A stretch of 64,000 nucleotides of DNA from Selaginella moellendorffii (GCF_000143415.4 NW_003314285.1:895370-959369), one strand, 5' to 3'; shown: positions 22,549 through 36,030, numbered from the stretch's first letter. Numbers and translations: made by a program. Notes: generated from the letters alone by a model not told the origin.

Positions 22549-24387
22549 CTACAGCTTCTTCACAAGTAGAGGAGCACCATATACTGGTTTCATACTGACA
22601 GGACTTCCGGGAGCGTGGACGTAATCCTCAGCGAGCGTGAAGGAAAACTTGGCGAGCAGCAGCGAGAGGAGCAGCCTTGCCTCGATCAATGCGAAGTTCA
22701 TGCCGAGACACATCCGCGGCCCCGCTCCGAAAGCCATGAACTCGGATATGTCCTTGGTTTTCTTGTTGATGAAACGCTCGGGATTAAACTCGGAGACATC
22801 GTCCCCCCAATCTTCTTTGCTTTGGAGCAGCAGAGCCAGCGGACACAAGACTAGAGTTCCCGGAAGAATGGAGAACTCCCCGATTTCGTGGGCTTGATGG
22901 CACTGTCTCGTCACGGTCGAAACCGGAGGGAAGAGTCGAAGAACCTCGTGGATGATCCAGCCAACCTTCAGATCAAACAGGAGATTTAGTCAAATGGAGC
23001 TGCAAGAACACTATAGAGAACTTACAACTTCGAGGCTTGAGAGATCTTCAGCACTTAGATCACGACCTCCACACCGTTTGTGCGCTGCGAAGATCTCGTC
23101 CCTGGCACGCTGCTGCCACTCTTGGTGGACCGAGAGCATGATCAGTGACCAAGTGAGCGTCAATGCGGTGGTGGAGTGACCCGCGAAGAAGATTGTCTTG
23201 CACTCGTCCAGGAGCTGGTCCATTGTCATCGTTGGCGACTTGTTCTCCACGGCCTCGAGCATCATGTCGAGGAGATCATACACAGGCTTGCCGTTCTCGT
23301 CAGGATTTCTGGTCTTTTCGGCCCAGCGGTTGCGAATTATATCTCGCAGCAGCGTGTTCACGTATTGCTCACTGCGCCGGAGGTGGAGATTCTCCCGTGT
23401 TGGCAGGAAACTATTTCATCACAACCAAGTTTTCAGAGAAAAAATCGACTTTTTTTCGAAAGTTTTGCTCGTGAACGATCACCTGTATCCAGGTATAAGC
23501 CGCTTGTAGCTGTTCATGTAGAGCAGTCCCGTAGAGAGAAGCCTGTCCAAGCACTCGAAAGCAGCGTAACCAGTGTTGGTGCCTCCAATGGTTGCTCCAA
23601 ACGACGCTCTTGTGATCACGTCCAAGGTTAGAGCCGCCATCTCTCTGTGAGCATCGATTCTCGTCGTCTCTCGAGAGCTCCATTTCCTGGCCAGATCTTC
23701 TCCAGCACCAGACATATGCCGCATCAATCCCTGTAGAAGAATCGGAGAAACATTAGAAAAATCGGATTTTGTATTCATGGGTATCACCTTCAAGTATGCA
23801 AGCTTGAATGCGGGATTGAGAATCTTGCGCTGCTGTCTCCAGAAATCTCCGTCGGTGACAACAACACCTCTGCCAACAACGGCTCTGAGGATCTGGCGAG
23901 ACAAATCGGCCTTGATGTAGGAAGAGGATCGAGACATAAGAACTTGCTTCACTAGCTCGGTATCAGCCACCAGGATTCGAGTCGTGGAGCCAAGCTCGTG
24001 AACTGAGATTCTCCCTGTAACAATATGGTGATCGATCAGATGAAGGGAACTTCAAGAACCAGAAAAGACTTTTTTCTTGTGTTGAGCAAAGAACAAACAG
24101 AGAGGAGTGATACCATAAGTTTGCTGGAATGTAGCAAGGTCTGGAATAACCCTGAACTTGGTCGCGGCGTGGAAGCTGGTCTCAAACTTTGGCACCGAGT
24201 TGAAGAGCTTGCGAATCTCGGGGATGTTGCCGACGATCAATCGGAATGGAGGCCCTGGAATGCCCTGCTTGGCGTAGAAGCAGCGGAATCTCCAGGCGTG
24301 CCACAGGCTCCTCGCAGCAGGAACGAGCAGCCAAACAACCAAAAACACACCACAAGAACATAGAATCTTCCACAAGAAATCTTCCAT
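22549..24387 (-). CDS. Cytochrome P450, CYP72 clan
   Basis: QGIPGPPFRLIVGN, WRQQRKILNPAF, DECKTIFFAGHSTT, EWQQRARDEI, EVLR, FNPERF, heme motif FGAGPRMCLG; four short introns. Confidence 0.95.
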
Positions 24388-24821
24388 AGCCAAATAGCTC
24401 AAGGGTCTCTCACTCTTTTTTCTCTTAGGTTAGCAACCTTATCTCAAATGTATGCCACTTGTCATGGGCTATGAAGATTGTTTGGTTGTTTATAAAGAGA
24501 TTTCATCTTCTCAGTTTGTCAACTCATTTGTACATTTTAGCAGTGAATTCCAACTACACATTGTTTGTAGTGACCTCTTATGCCATTTATGACTAGATGA
24601 AATAAATCACTTTTCACTTGTCATATTTTCCACGTTGTGAGACTTTTCATAGTACATTCAAGATCAATTTGCCACCATTATTTTCTTTCAAACAAGTTGG
24701 GATATGTCTGCAAAGAATAACAGTGCTGTGAGAATCACAAATAATCATTTCATCAGTCAATCATGCAGCTACTTAAAACTGAGAAACCTTCAAGCTAAGT
24801 TAAATCACCCAAATCCCTCCA

Positions 24822-26735
24822 TCACAGAAAGATGGTTTCCAATTCAGCCCCGTATTCCTCTTCGTCAAAAGCCTCCTGGAGCCTCCGCAGCTCGTCTGCT
24901 CTCTTCTGCTCTTCTTGAGCTTTCATCCTCGCAAAAGCTTCCTCTTGCTCTTTCCGGGCTTTCGCCTCGTCAGCCACCTCATCCGGAGCTTTGGTCGGTT
25001 GATCCCTGCCGGACGGAGCAACCTTGGACGTAACCTCCCTCGCCAGCTCCTTGATCTTGGGAGTGACCACGGAGACGGTCTCCTTCATCTTGGGAGGAAC
25101 GGCGGGAGGAGGAGGAGTTTCCTTCAACACCGCGTCCTTGAAAGTCTTTGGAGCTTCCTTGACGGCCTCCATAACTTTGGCTACACCACTTAGCGCTTCC
25201 ACCGCTGTCGAAGGCTGCTGAGCTTCCTCTGGAGGTGGCGGTGGCGATGGCGATGGAGGCGAAACTTTGAACGTTGGAACTGGCTTCAAGCCTGGAGCTT
25301 GAGTTTGAGTCGATGGAGGAGGCTGCGGAGCTGGAGCTGACGCTGTTCTAGCGTAGTCAGGCCTGGAGACGACTGGATCCGGAGCCGATGGTGCCTTCAT
25401 CAGACGATGGCTCGGTTTGATCTCGTCTTTTCTGCCTCCCATGATCTCGACCTTGAGGCTTTCGGAGTGAACGTGTGTGGCTGCCGCTGTCGTCGGTGGA
25501 GCACCAGGCATTGCCGCGGGAGGAGAAGGTAGAACTCTACCTGCAGTGCCTGCCGAGGTGGAGATGGCCTCCGAAAGATCTGTGGTTCCTCGAGTTATGA
25601 TGTCCGAGAGGTCCGTCGCTGTTGCTCCCTCGGTTGTGTACGCGGCAGCGATTCCTTCTGTTAGTGAGGCCGGAGGAGTCTTGTATTTACGGTACTTTGC
25701 ATAGAGGCCGAGCTGGAGTGCGCCTAGAAGCACTCCCAGTCCGTTTGGAATCTAAACGAAAAACGATACGAAAAGTTAACTCTAGATGGAGTTGACGCCC
25801 GAAGATACTCACGATAATGAACTTGTCTTGCTTGAGAATACCATACAATGCCCAGATTGTAGCGTTGACAAAGCTACACAACGAAAGCATGAAAGGCATG
25901 TACTCCACGCTCTTGGTTTCGATCACCATTTTCTGGAGAGGAGAAAGAGAAGTGAAGTGAGCGAGATCCACAAGACCGAGAGAAAATCGCCAGAGAATTT
26001 GTTTTAATCACCTTGTTTGTTTGTTTTGTGTGAATCTTAAGCTCAGCTTTTGTGAGTGTTTTACCATAACCGACAGCGGTGCTGCATACATCATCGTGTT
26101 GATTATCACGTTGATTGATCCCAGAAACGTTGTCCTGTCGTCGCCCTCAAACGCTCCCAGCGTGATGGCGAAAGTGATCGCACAAAAGAAGATCACAAAC
26201 ACTAGACTCCGCAAAACTTGAGTCTGCAGGAAAACCATAAGCTCAAGAACAAAGCAAAGTTGCAAAGAAAGAGAAACAAAGAAGAACTCGAGCTATGGAG
26301 CGTACCTTGACAGGCCATGCCGCGTAGTAGATGAAGATGACTAGATAAACCGCCTCAATCACAATGCCGGCCCCGTTGATCGTGAGGACGAGGATGTTGT
26401 TCTCGCTGATGATGGGCAGGCCATAGAAGAACCAGAGCAAGCAATTCATGAGTGTACACACATAGGGAAACGCCGAGAACCGCCCGGTATCCTTTTGTTT
26501 GTAGATGATCGAGAATGTCGGCCTGGAAAGCAGCGAAGAAACAAGATCGATTTAGGGGAATGGAGGCCGAGATACGAGAGATCTGGAAGCGGTGCTTACA
26601 GCGGGGAGAAGAACATGATCATCGCCGTGATATTTCCTGCGAGGTCACCGAAATATCGCGGAATGAGATCGAAATCTCGCAATGTGGGACTGGATTCTTA
26701 CCTAAGACGCCGAGCGCCACTGTTCCAGACCCCAT
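24822..26735 (-). CDS. SWEET: SWEET (MtN3) sugar transporter with a C-terminal extension of about 290 aa
   Basis: LGVLG/NITAMIMFFSP/LPTF, FPYVCTLMNCLLWFFYGLP, LVLTINGAG, MYAAPLSVM, VIETKSVEYMPFMLS, PNGLG..LGALQLGLY; typical six-exon layout; last exon open to 24822. Confidence 0.95.
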
Positions 26736-26864
26736 CCTTCGATCGCCCGGAGTGGAATCGCTCGAGCGCTCAAAGGAGTATCATCAAGAAGGAGCAAAGC
26801 TTTTCACACCACTCCTAAACGAAACCGTTATAACGAGAAACTTTAGGGCTAGGTTAGGCTGAGG

Positions 26865-29495
26865 ATGATCGTTCAGGTAAGCGCATTCTTTTTCTTCTTC
26901 TTCTTCTTCTTCTTCTTCGCTGGAGTGAGTATCGATCGATTCTATCAGGTGCTACTCAAGGAGCGGATCAATGAGTTTGATTTCCGGGAATGGACGGTTT
27001 CGGTGGCTTGCGGTCTCGGATCCCAGCGACTGCGCTGGCTCGCGCATGCGGCGTGTGCGCGCATGGCCTACAACACAGGCAAGCGAGAATTTGGGAAGAA
27101 TGCTTCGTTATTCATGGATTTCTTCCCTCTCTCAGGTGATGTCCCTGCGAAATATGTGCCTCAAGCTGTGCGATCCATGGTAAGTCGTGTAAGATCTTTA
27201 AAGTCTTTCTCATTTCACTGCTTAATAGGGAGGAGAGGTGTTTCACCCCGACTTGATTATCAACAAGACTCTACAAGATGGTGCTCAAGTGGAAGTCGAA
27301 TGCTCAAGTAAAAGATCGGCCGTTTGTTCTTTCTGTCCTTCATCAATGCTGACGTTAAGATGTCATATTTCAGGAGGGCCCGAGTCCTTCACTGTTTACT
27401 ACGAGGGAAAGCCAGCTCCGGTCATCAAGGATTTCTTTCCCAAAAAACAAGAAGAAGAAGATAAAAAACCAGAAGAACTAGAACAGCTTACTAAAACTCC
27501 TTCAGGTTTGTCAGCATTCTTTCTTTTGTTTAATCGTTTTGCTCATTGTTTCTGGTTTTCCTCTTTGTAGAAACTGCTCAAGGTCAACCTCCTCCTACCG
27601 AAGCCCCACCTGCACAAACAACAGAAACTCCACTGGCCCCAGCTGGTAATTCAGTGCTTAAGCTGGCCTTGTATTGTTGGCGTGACTTGTGTTCGCAGTG
27701 GACAGCGAGGGAAATCCTCTTCCTATGGAACCTCCACCTCCCCTTCCTCCGCCTGATAAGAGAGTCGTATGGGCCAACACTGTTCTAGACTCCATAGGTA
27801 CTTTTTTGGAAGGGTGTAAAGGCTTGTCACGGTTGACTTGACATTGTGTTGGTTGATTGGCAGACTGGACGAAGTATCCTGTTGCCGGAGATCTTAACAT
27901 CAATTATGAGACTTGGGAAAAGGACTGTGGTATGTCCGCGTATACGCCTCAGTTTTTTGATTGACTTGGTGTACAGCGCCGCTGCTGTCTAGGAATCGTG
28001 CAATCGGTCTTAATCTGGTACTGTGCCAAAGGCGATGAGATCGAGGACAAGGATTTTGGAGTACTCAATTGTGTATGGTTTTCGTTTCTTTGTGCTTTAC
28101 ATGATTCGTTGACAAGCAGCCTTTTTCCAGGAGCAATTTCGAGAAATATTTGTTGATACAAAGCTGTGTATTGATCAAGCTGGTGGTAAGCTACTCTATG
28201 TAATTTCCAATTAATTATTGATTATCAACGATTTGCTGCAGAGGATGTGGTCGATAGTTGTTTCGATGACGGTTTAAAAGCTACGAACTGCCCATCAGCT
28301 TATCAGCTTTCACTTGTGGAGTTTATTCCCGCACTCGTCCAATTTGCCTCATGTAATTCCTTTTGTTTCCCTCTCTTCGACGCTAATTTTCAGGCTTTCT
28401 ATGCAGCCTCGTTATTCGAACCATTTGTACCAGAGCGCGATAGACAACATCTATCAACAAGGGTAGCTTCATAAGGCACATTATAGCTAGAAAATGGCTC
28501 GTCTTCACAGGTCACGCATCTCATTCGCAATTTCTTAGCACGGACCTTGAGCGAGCAAATCTCAGCGGGGCTTAAAGAACTGCACAAGGCAGCCAAGACT
28601 GGGACCGTATGCATGGTAAGCAAGCAGACACATTTTTAGTTCTGAAACATTTTGTTTTTCTCCAGGACGTTCTCAAAGAGAACAAAGAGCTGTCTCAAGC
28701 ATGCATAAAGCGTTGCAAGCCCCCGTCTGATCCCACTAAGAAGAAAATTAGAGTTCCATTCCACATACTTTTACCTTTTTTTCGGGTAAGTCATTTATTT
28801 GAAATGACAATTGATTCAATCTTTTTCTTTTGTGTGCTTGTAGAGATGGCTTGTGCTTGGTGACCACTGGAAACCACAGAGAGCGTCACTGATACTTATA
28901 TACGCGTTCCAAAGGTCGCAAGTAAGTGGCAATCGAGAAACGAAAGTATATGTGTGCTAAGTTGCTCTACAGGGTGTTGGCGAATTTACTCCCGTTCCTT
29001 CTGGCTTCAGCTTTGGACCAAAACAATGAGAAGGGTAAGGGCCTTCCGCATTGGGACTTTGCCATCGAAAGGTTTAAGTATTTGCTTTCTTTCATGCAGT
29101 TTTTTTTCGGAGCTTCATATTTTGCCTTCATGGAGTCGACGTCTCTCATCAAAATCTCCGACCATGCTTACCTGAGAGACTTCCTGGACAAGGTTTTCAA
29201 GAGATCTGGGGTTGCCAAGCCGCTCTACACTACATATGAAGAAAAGAAGGCCTATCTTCGCTCAATACTCTTACACGAGTGATTGATTTCATATGTTTAA
29301 CAGTGTAAGAGAGAAAATTGCGCTCTGTGACGATGAAAGATATACCCCAAAGAGCTCTAGCCACCACACAAGATGGAGAACTAAAGCCTAGCCAACCTCC
29401 TACATTTCCAGGAGTGGGTATTTTGTGTAGAAATTGTTTGAAATACTTTTCAAGAGTGACCAATTTTGTCCAGGCAGAAAAACTTTTTGGTAAGA
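26865..29495 (+). CDS. Uncharacterised multi-exon protein (more than a dozen short exons)
   Basis: Regular 50-60 nt GT-AG introns plus a GC-AG candidate at 27079-27135; spliced N-terminus MIVQVLLKERINEFDFREWTVSVACGLGSQRLRWLAHAACARMAY. No family recognised; 3' end uncertain. Confidence 0.6.
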
Positions 29496-32164
29496 TTTTT
29501 ATAATTATACGTTTACATAATTATATGAAATTATTAATATCAAAGATAAATATATTTTTAGATACATTATAGAAGAAGAACTTAACAACTTACAATACTT
29601 ACATTCTCCAAAAATATATAATTTTCTTTAGAAATAAATGTTATAATATTAAAAATAATGTTAAAAAAGTGACAAAAAAAGCCTAAGTAAGTATTATATT
29701 AAAAATAAGGTAATAAAAAATTTATTATATACATATTGTTTTCTTTTATTTTAAAAACTTAGTGAAATTATATGATAAAAATATTAATATATGGTTTTAT
29801 TTATTTATTGGTTAAGTTTTACAACTGAATCATGTATGTCATGGAAAACTTTCTATAAACAACAAAATGCTAAAATAGAAAGACTACAAAACATTATTTC
29901 CATTATAAAATTTGGAGAAACAAGTTTCTGAAATGAAAAATAAAAAATAATAACATAGTTAGAATATAACTTTCTTAAATTCATTTTTGGATCACTCATA
30001 TTTTTTGTTCAAAATCAAATAAATTAAAGGTTTTTTCAGATAATTATAAAATTCATTTGGTAATAAACAATGATGTAGAAATTTGATTATTTTATTACTT
30101 ATCAATCATTGACTAAATATTATAGATTAATGGCTGTGGGTTACCAATCACTTTATATAATGTTTTTATCTAGAACCATGGTTTGAATCTTTATAGTGTA
30201 AACTCATAAATTTAAATATTTCAAAGATTTCACTCAACCCAATACTTTAAAACCTTTAACTGATTAGAAATAGGTGCATTTTTATTCATGAACTCTTTTT
30301 TTATATATTTGAACCATAATAATAGTCTTTTAAGCTGTTCTCTTTGATTTCTTACACAAATATATCAATTTAATTATTGAAAAATAGAAAATTAAAATTA
30401 ATTAAGGATATTGGCAATGACCCAACAACATTGTTCTATGTTGGGACTTTTTTACAAGAATATCTTCACTATCTAGATTTACACTATTTGAGTTTAAATT
30501 TAATTATAAAGAGTTAATCCAAGTTGAGAAAATATATATGCGTTCAAGAGAAAATCTAGATTTACTTCTTCCATGAGAAATGTTTATGTAGTGTCAACCA
30601 AAACTTCATCACTATTTTAGTTTTCTTTTGCATATTAATTAGAAATGAAGTTTTTTTAAAGTATTTTGTAGATCATAAATATCTTAACAACCATTTTTAT
30701 AACTTCCTTTATTTTTAAATTTAACTGTCTATTTTAGCAATATTTGCCGCTTCATCTTGTTGCTTTACCAATATTAAAATTCATTGCCTCTTTTGCTTTG
30801 AACTTGCAAAGTCATTTTTCTTCTTCTTCTTTAGCCTTCTTATTCGATGCAATTGTTATAATATACTCAAGATATATCAAAGATTTGTAGGTTCATGAAC
30901 ATTTGTCCTTCAGTGAGTGTCTTTTGATTTGTTATAGTTGGCATTTAAAGGTGTGATGTAAACTCTTGAAAAATTAGTGGATTTGAAGTTCATTAGAATT
31001 GAATATTGATGTCATTTGCAACTGTGACACTTTGCAAAGGATTTAGCTCATCATTTTTTGTATCATTATCTTCTTAAAGCCAACTTTATAATGTTCTTTG
31101 ATGTAAGGGCTTGATTCAATCTACTAGGACTTAACACATTCTAGCTATAATGGTTAAAAGTTCATATATCAAAGTAATGAACAATGTTCCATAAAAAAGT
31201 TAATAGGTATGGATTAGGATTGATAAGTTGATTGGTTGTTAAAGTTGAGTTATAACTAATAAACCCCTATATAATTATGTTGTTAGAGCTACCAACAAAA
31301 TATAGATATTAGATGAGTGATTGTTGATACACTTTCAATTTTAATGAGCCCATGTGGAAGGAGAAATGACAAGTTAATGAAGTACAGTATTGCTAGTGTA
31401 ATAAATTGCTACACGTTGCATGTAGCAACACTTGGTTTTCTTAATAGGAGTGCTATTTTTACTTATTAATCTAATTGATCAAATAAAATTTTATAATTAG
31501 AAGCATGTTTGTAACTTATAAATACAAAATTAATCTTATTGCATATCAACCATTAGATGGTAAAATAAAAAAGAATATACTAGAAAGTGTTTAAGAAATT
31601 TTATAAATATAAATATATTTTTAAATTATAAATACAAGATAAATCTAAATGAATAGTAACCGTACGATGGTAAAATATTCTAGAATATCCAAATATATTC
31701 TAGGTATATCCACTACTATCTCAATCCCCCTACAGGTTTGCTTTAGCAAACCAAAAAGTATGATACTTATATTTTCTTTATAAGTGAAGATGACCTTTGG
31801 AATATTTACTTTTAATTCATAGATAATATTGGCTAACAATATTTTCTTTATAAATATTTATCATGAATAGTTAAGGGTAATCTATAATAGGAGTTGCCAA
31901 ACTTTCCAGGCTGTTGGATCCAGCCAATAGTAGTCATCTGATGGGAGGTAACTTAGTAAATATCACTTTTTTATTGTGTGTTCTTCTAAAATATTTTTGT
32001 GAGGTTTGGGCTGGCCAATAGCATGTGATATGGCTTGAGCTAGAGGAGAATGTGTGAGCAAAAATTGCTTGTTTGTGTGGCCCAAGAGAGATAAAACTCT
32101 CCTTTTATCATAGCTCCTCTCAATTGTGAAGTTTCTCATTGTAAGTATTATTGAAATTGTTAAC

Positions 32165-34237
32165 ATTATTTTTCATTTGATTCATGAATTGTGAGTAGAT
32201 ATTTACAAATCTTAAAGAGCTCTTGACAACTCCTCCAACTTTGATGTATCTTGACTACACTTGACTTTTTATTTTGCATATGGATGCTTTTAATATTGAT
32301 CTTGGAGGTGTGTTAATACAAGACAGCTGAGTGTGTTTAGTCAATTATATATTAGCCATACATTACAACTAGCAGAAATGAACTACTCCACGATAAAGAA
32401 GGAGTGTTTAACAACAGTTTAGAGTTTTGAAAAACTTTATGCATATCTATATGGTTCTTGGACATTCCTAGAAGGTGATTATGTTGTGGTTACTTTGTTA
32501 TTAAAGTGAAAGAACTTAGTTGATTGTACTACTTGGTGGGCTTTAAAACTTCAAATATATAATTTTAGTGTTTTTCATCACCCAAGGAGTTTTATGGTTA
32601 ATATTGACGCCCTTTCTCGAGCTCCTCTTCCTTATTTGCTTTCTTTTCATATTTCTAACGATTCTATCATCTATGGAATTTTTACATAAGGATTTTGTGT
32701 TGTCAGCAGTTGCTATATTTAATGTTTAGTGTTCATAAAGTGCAAAGTAAGATTTACCTTCTCTTGATAAGGTTCGTAAAGCTTAAAATGTTGAGCCATG
32801 GATCTGAAAGTTTCATAATGGGTTTAAGAATCCTGCATCACTTGTTAAAGATTTGCCATTTCAGAATTTACATTCTCAATATTGTTTTGAGAATGATCTT
32901 CTTTAATTTGGGGATGGATCTTAATGATCATTTAAAGTTGGTGGTGCCCTCAATCTTTATTCGACACTTTATCCATGCCTACCATAATTCTTCTATTCTA
33001 GGTGGATATCGTTGTGTGATTGAGAAGCTACATAGGTTTTTCTATTGGCTGATGATACGACATGATGTTATCCGGTATATATATAATTACATTTGGTGCT
33101 AACCTTGTAATACTCTCTCTCTTATTATGGAAGAACAGTTGGAGTCAATGGTAATTTCCTATCTGTGTAAGTTGGTGATGTTTGGCCTTTTCCATGGTCA
33201 AGTGCTGGTAACAAATATGTCATTATTGTTTCTAACTACTTAATTTATTAGGTGGAAGTTGATGGTCTTGTTAATGTCTTTACAACTACTATTAGATACT
33301 TCTTCTTCAATTGAGTGGTGTTTCAACATTCCTATCTAGAGCAAATTCTTTCAGATAATGGTCTCGTATTTATGGCCAAGGCATTTCATTTTTTAACGTT
33401 TTGATTAGATACTCCACACTTTCATGAGTGCTTATCATTCATACTTAAATGGTTTGGTGGAATGGCTCATTCGAATCTTCAAAGGGATAATCATGAAGTA
33501 TATGAACTTTCAATATTCGGATTGGGATGCATATTTGCCATTTCTTTAGTATGCATATGTCATAGAGGTGTGGTGCTTCACCATATAAACTCTTATATGA
33601 TTATGATCTAATACTACTAATGGAATTAAATTTACTTTCACAATTGCCACAAACTGCTAATGTTAAGTCTTAGGATTAGCATTTAACAAGCATTCTTCCA
33701 TTTGTCCAAGTAAAATTTATCAAATACTTGGGCCATATACAAGTAAGATAACAACAACATTACAACTCCCATCATTATCCACTTATAAGATACAAAGTGG
33801 ATAATTTGGTGTTAGTCCATTTTTCCAATTTATTATATATGGTTTATTTAAGGGGATATTTGTTTAGTGGAAAGGACCATATTGGGTGTTATAGCAAGTT
33901 GGATTATAAATTTATAAGGTTTAACATGATATTCAACAAACCAACCCTCCAGAAATTATGCATATGTAACAACTAAAATACTTCATATAAAAAAATCAAG
34001 AATAACTAGCACTATCTACAAATCTACTAATGCCTCCTTTTGATGTTTCTTTAGATCCTACCCCATCCACTAGAGAATCCTGACTATCTTTTATAATTTC
34101 GAGATGAGGGACTAATGCCATATATTAATATTAGTGGGATTTTAATAGCCATTGGATTGATATTAATTTGGACCAGGGTTTTAGGCTAATTGATATGTAT
34201 ATTTCTGTATTATATTTGCATATTCCATGCACTCATA
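32165..34237 (+). mobile_element. Hypermutated Ty3/gypsy relic, 3' part (RNase H, integrase, PPT, partial LTR); same family as 45151-50160
   Basis: Colinear with pol of the young copy (NLKELLTTPP, HAYHNSSILGG, WKGPY, PSTRES*), followed by an LTR-like end ...CATATTCCATGCACTCATA; many stops. Confidence 0.9.
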
Positions 34238-34747
34238 ATTGTTTAAAATTTCTTATTTTAAAATAACCAATATCAATATCATCAATCATCAACTATTAAG
34301 TTAACTAGGAACTTAAACTCATCAACCAATGCAACCAACTCATGAAGTGGTCAATCAACTTGGTGAATTGATCAATGAACTCATGAGTTGACTAATAAAC
34401 TAATAAATTGATCAATCAACTTATCAAATGATAAATTCATAATTCAATTAAATGAAGTGAAATGGTACTTTATCAAACTCAAACTTATAAACTTATTGGG
34501 TTTGAAAATTGGCACATTGCCTTTAGACAATTTGGTGCCTTGTTTACATGTCAAACTACAGCAAGTAGTTCTTCAGATTCTTGCAGAAAATTTTGAATAG
34601 TTCTCTGGCTTCTAGTGGCTTTTTTGAATTGCAGTCTCATTTGGTATGCCTGACTTTTAATTTCATTCAAGGACTTCTGTATACTTTTGAGTATAAATCG
34701 AAGGAAACTCTCTCTCACTGTATTCATATACTCTGCAGAAAACCATT

Positions 34748-35066
34748 ATGGCAATCAAATCATCCAAGGCTGTTGTAATTTCCATGGTGGTGCTGGTGCT
34801 GGTTCTATTGGGTAAGTGTATGATTCAGTGTGGAAGGATTGCCCTATGAATATATACAGGAGGTGCGATGCAAGCTGAAGCCGCAGGACAGAGAGCGCTC
34901 CTCCAGATAGGTGAGCGACCAATTTCCTGAAACTTTCGTTAATGATTTTTCTTTTGTAGTTTGCCCTGCTGTGTGCCAATACACTAGAGTTGTTTGCAGA
35001 GGCGTTCTGTTTAATGATACATGCTACAACGCTTGCACTCTGCCGCGGGGATGCCGACCAGTTTGA
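34748..35066 (+). CDS. Small secreted 6-Cys peptide, Pin-II (potato inhibitor II, I20)-like; copy A, intact, 73 aa
   Basis: Exons 34748-34811, 34860-34910 and 34960-35066 with GT-AG introns of 48 and 49 nt give MAIKSSKAVVISMVVLVLVLLGGAMQAEAAGQRALLQIVCPAVCQYTRVVCRGVLFNDTCYNACTLPRGCRPV*. Confidence 0.8.
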
Positions 35067-35389
35067 CATCCAGATTGAAAGTACTGAATAAAGCCGTTTA
35101 TAATTGAGTATACCTGATGGTAACTCAGTATTGAAGTACTTGAGCTTTGTTGAAGTCTTGTCGATATCATACGAATATGAAGCTTTTGCTGTATTTCTCA
35201 CTTTGAAAAGGTAGCAGAAGAAAAATTTCTGAGTTCGGACTTTCTTTGCATGTGTACCTTGAGATTGTGATTCTAATGAGATAATCTTTGTGACAAGTCT
35301 CGGGAGGCTTGACTTTTCTGGTTGTAGCGTTTACAAAATCAGAGCGTTTGTGTTACATTCTGTGCTTGGAGCGAAATGCTTGGTTGGAA

Positions 35390-35721
35390 ATGGCAATGAA
35401 ATCAAATATCATGGCAATTGCTGTGGTGCTGGTCGTTCTCTTGGGTATAATCTCGGGTTGAGTGAAGAATTCTTGTCATTCTTGTTAATGTAACAGGGGT
35501 TGCGATGCAAGCTGAAGCTGCGGGACAGCGGACGCTCCTCCAGCGACGTGAGAGATCAATCTTACATCAGACAATTCGATTTAACTTTCTTCTAGTTTGC
35601 CCGGCAGTGTGCCAGTACACTAAAGTGGTTTGCAGAGGCGTTGCCAGTTAAAGCATGCATCTGAATAGGACTGCATGCTTTTAACTCTTGCAATCTCCCG
35701 CGAGGATGCCGACCAGTGTGA
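35390..35721 (+). pseudogene. Pin-II-like peptide copy B, disrupted in exon 3
   Basis: Same three-exon structure (MAMKSNIMAIAVVLVVLLG/VAMQAEAAGQRTLLQR/LCPAVCQYTKVVCRGV); an 18-nt insertion brings in TAA; the tail CNLPRGCRPV* is still recognisable. Confidence 0.78.
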
Positions 35722-36030
35722 CTTCTTATTATTATTGTTAAGGAGTCACAGCTAGCTTACAAACGAGGAAGGATAAGTTGAAGCACGAATCCGGAAATGC
35801 TGGCCTCGATCTCCACTCTGGTTCCCGAGCAAGTGAGAGACTATCTACACCGTAACTCTAGCAGTCAAGTGCCACACGCACCACAATTTGGCAAAGCTCA
35901 AACCTTTTTGCGAAATTGCTCAAAAACGCTTGTTCCAGGTAAGAGCTTTCGAGAAATTTTCCAAGAACCGGCCAATTTGCTGAAAATTGAACCTTCTGTT
36001 TCGATTAGAACTCGTGATTTTATTTTGTAG

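Noticed and set aside
29600-32160. AT-rich island with faint coding-like patches (about 30730-31100 and 31880-32130)
   Set aside because: Probably decayed TE, but no motif could be assigned.
34755-35201. Minus-strand 148-aa ORF and similar 35920-36186 ORF sharing WMSNWSA
   Set aside because: Antisense reading of the duplicated peptide exon 3; the plus strand has signal peptide, splice sites and Cys pattern.
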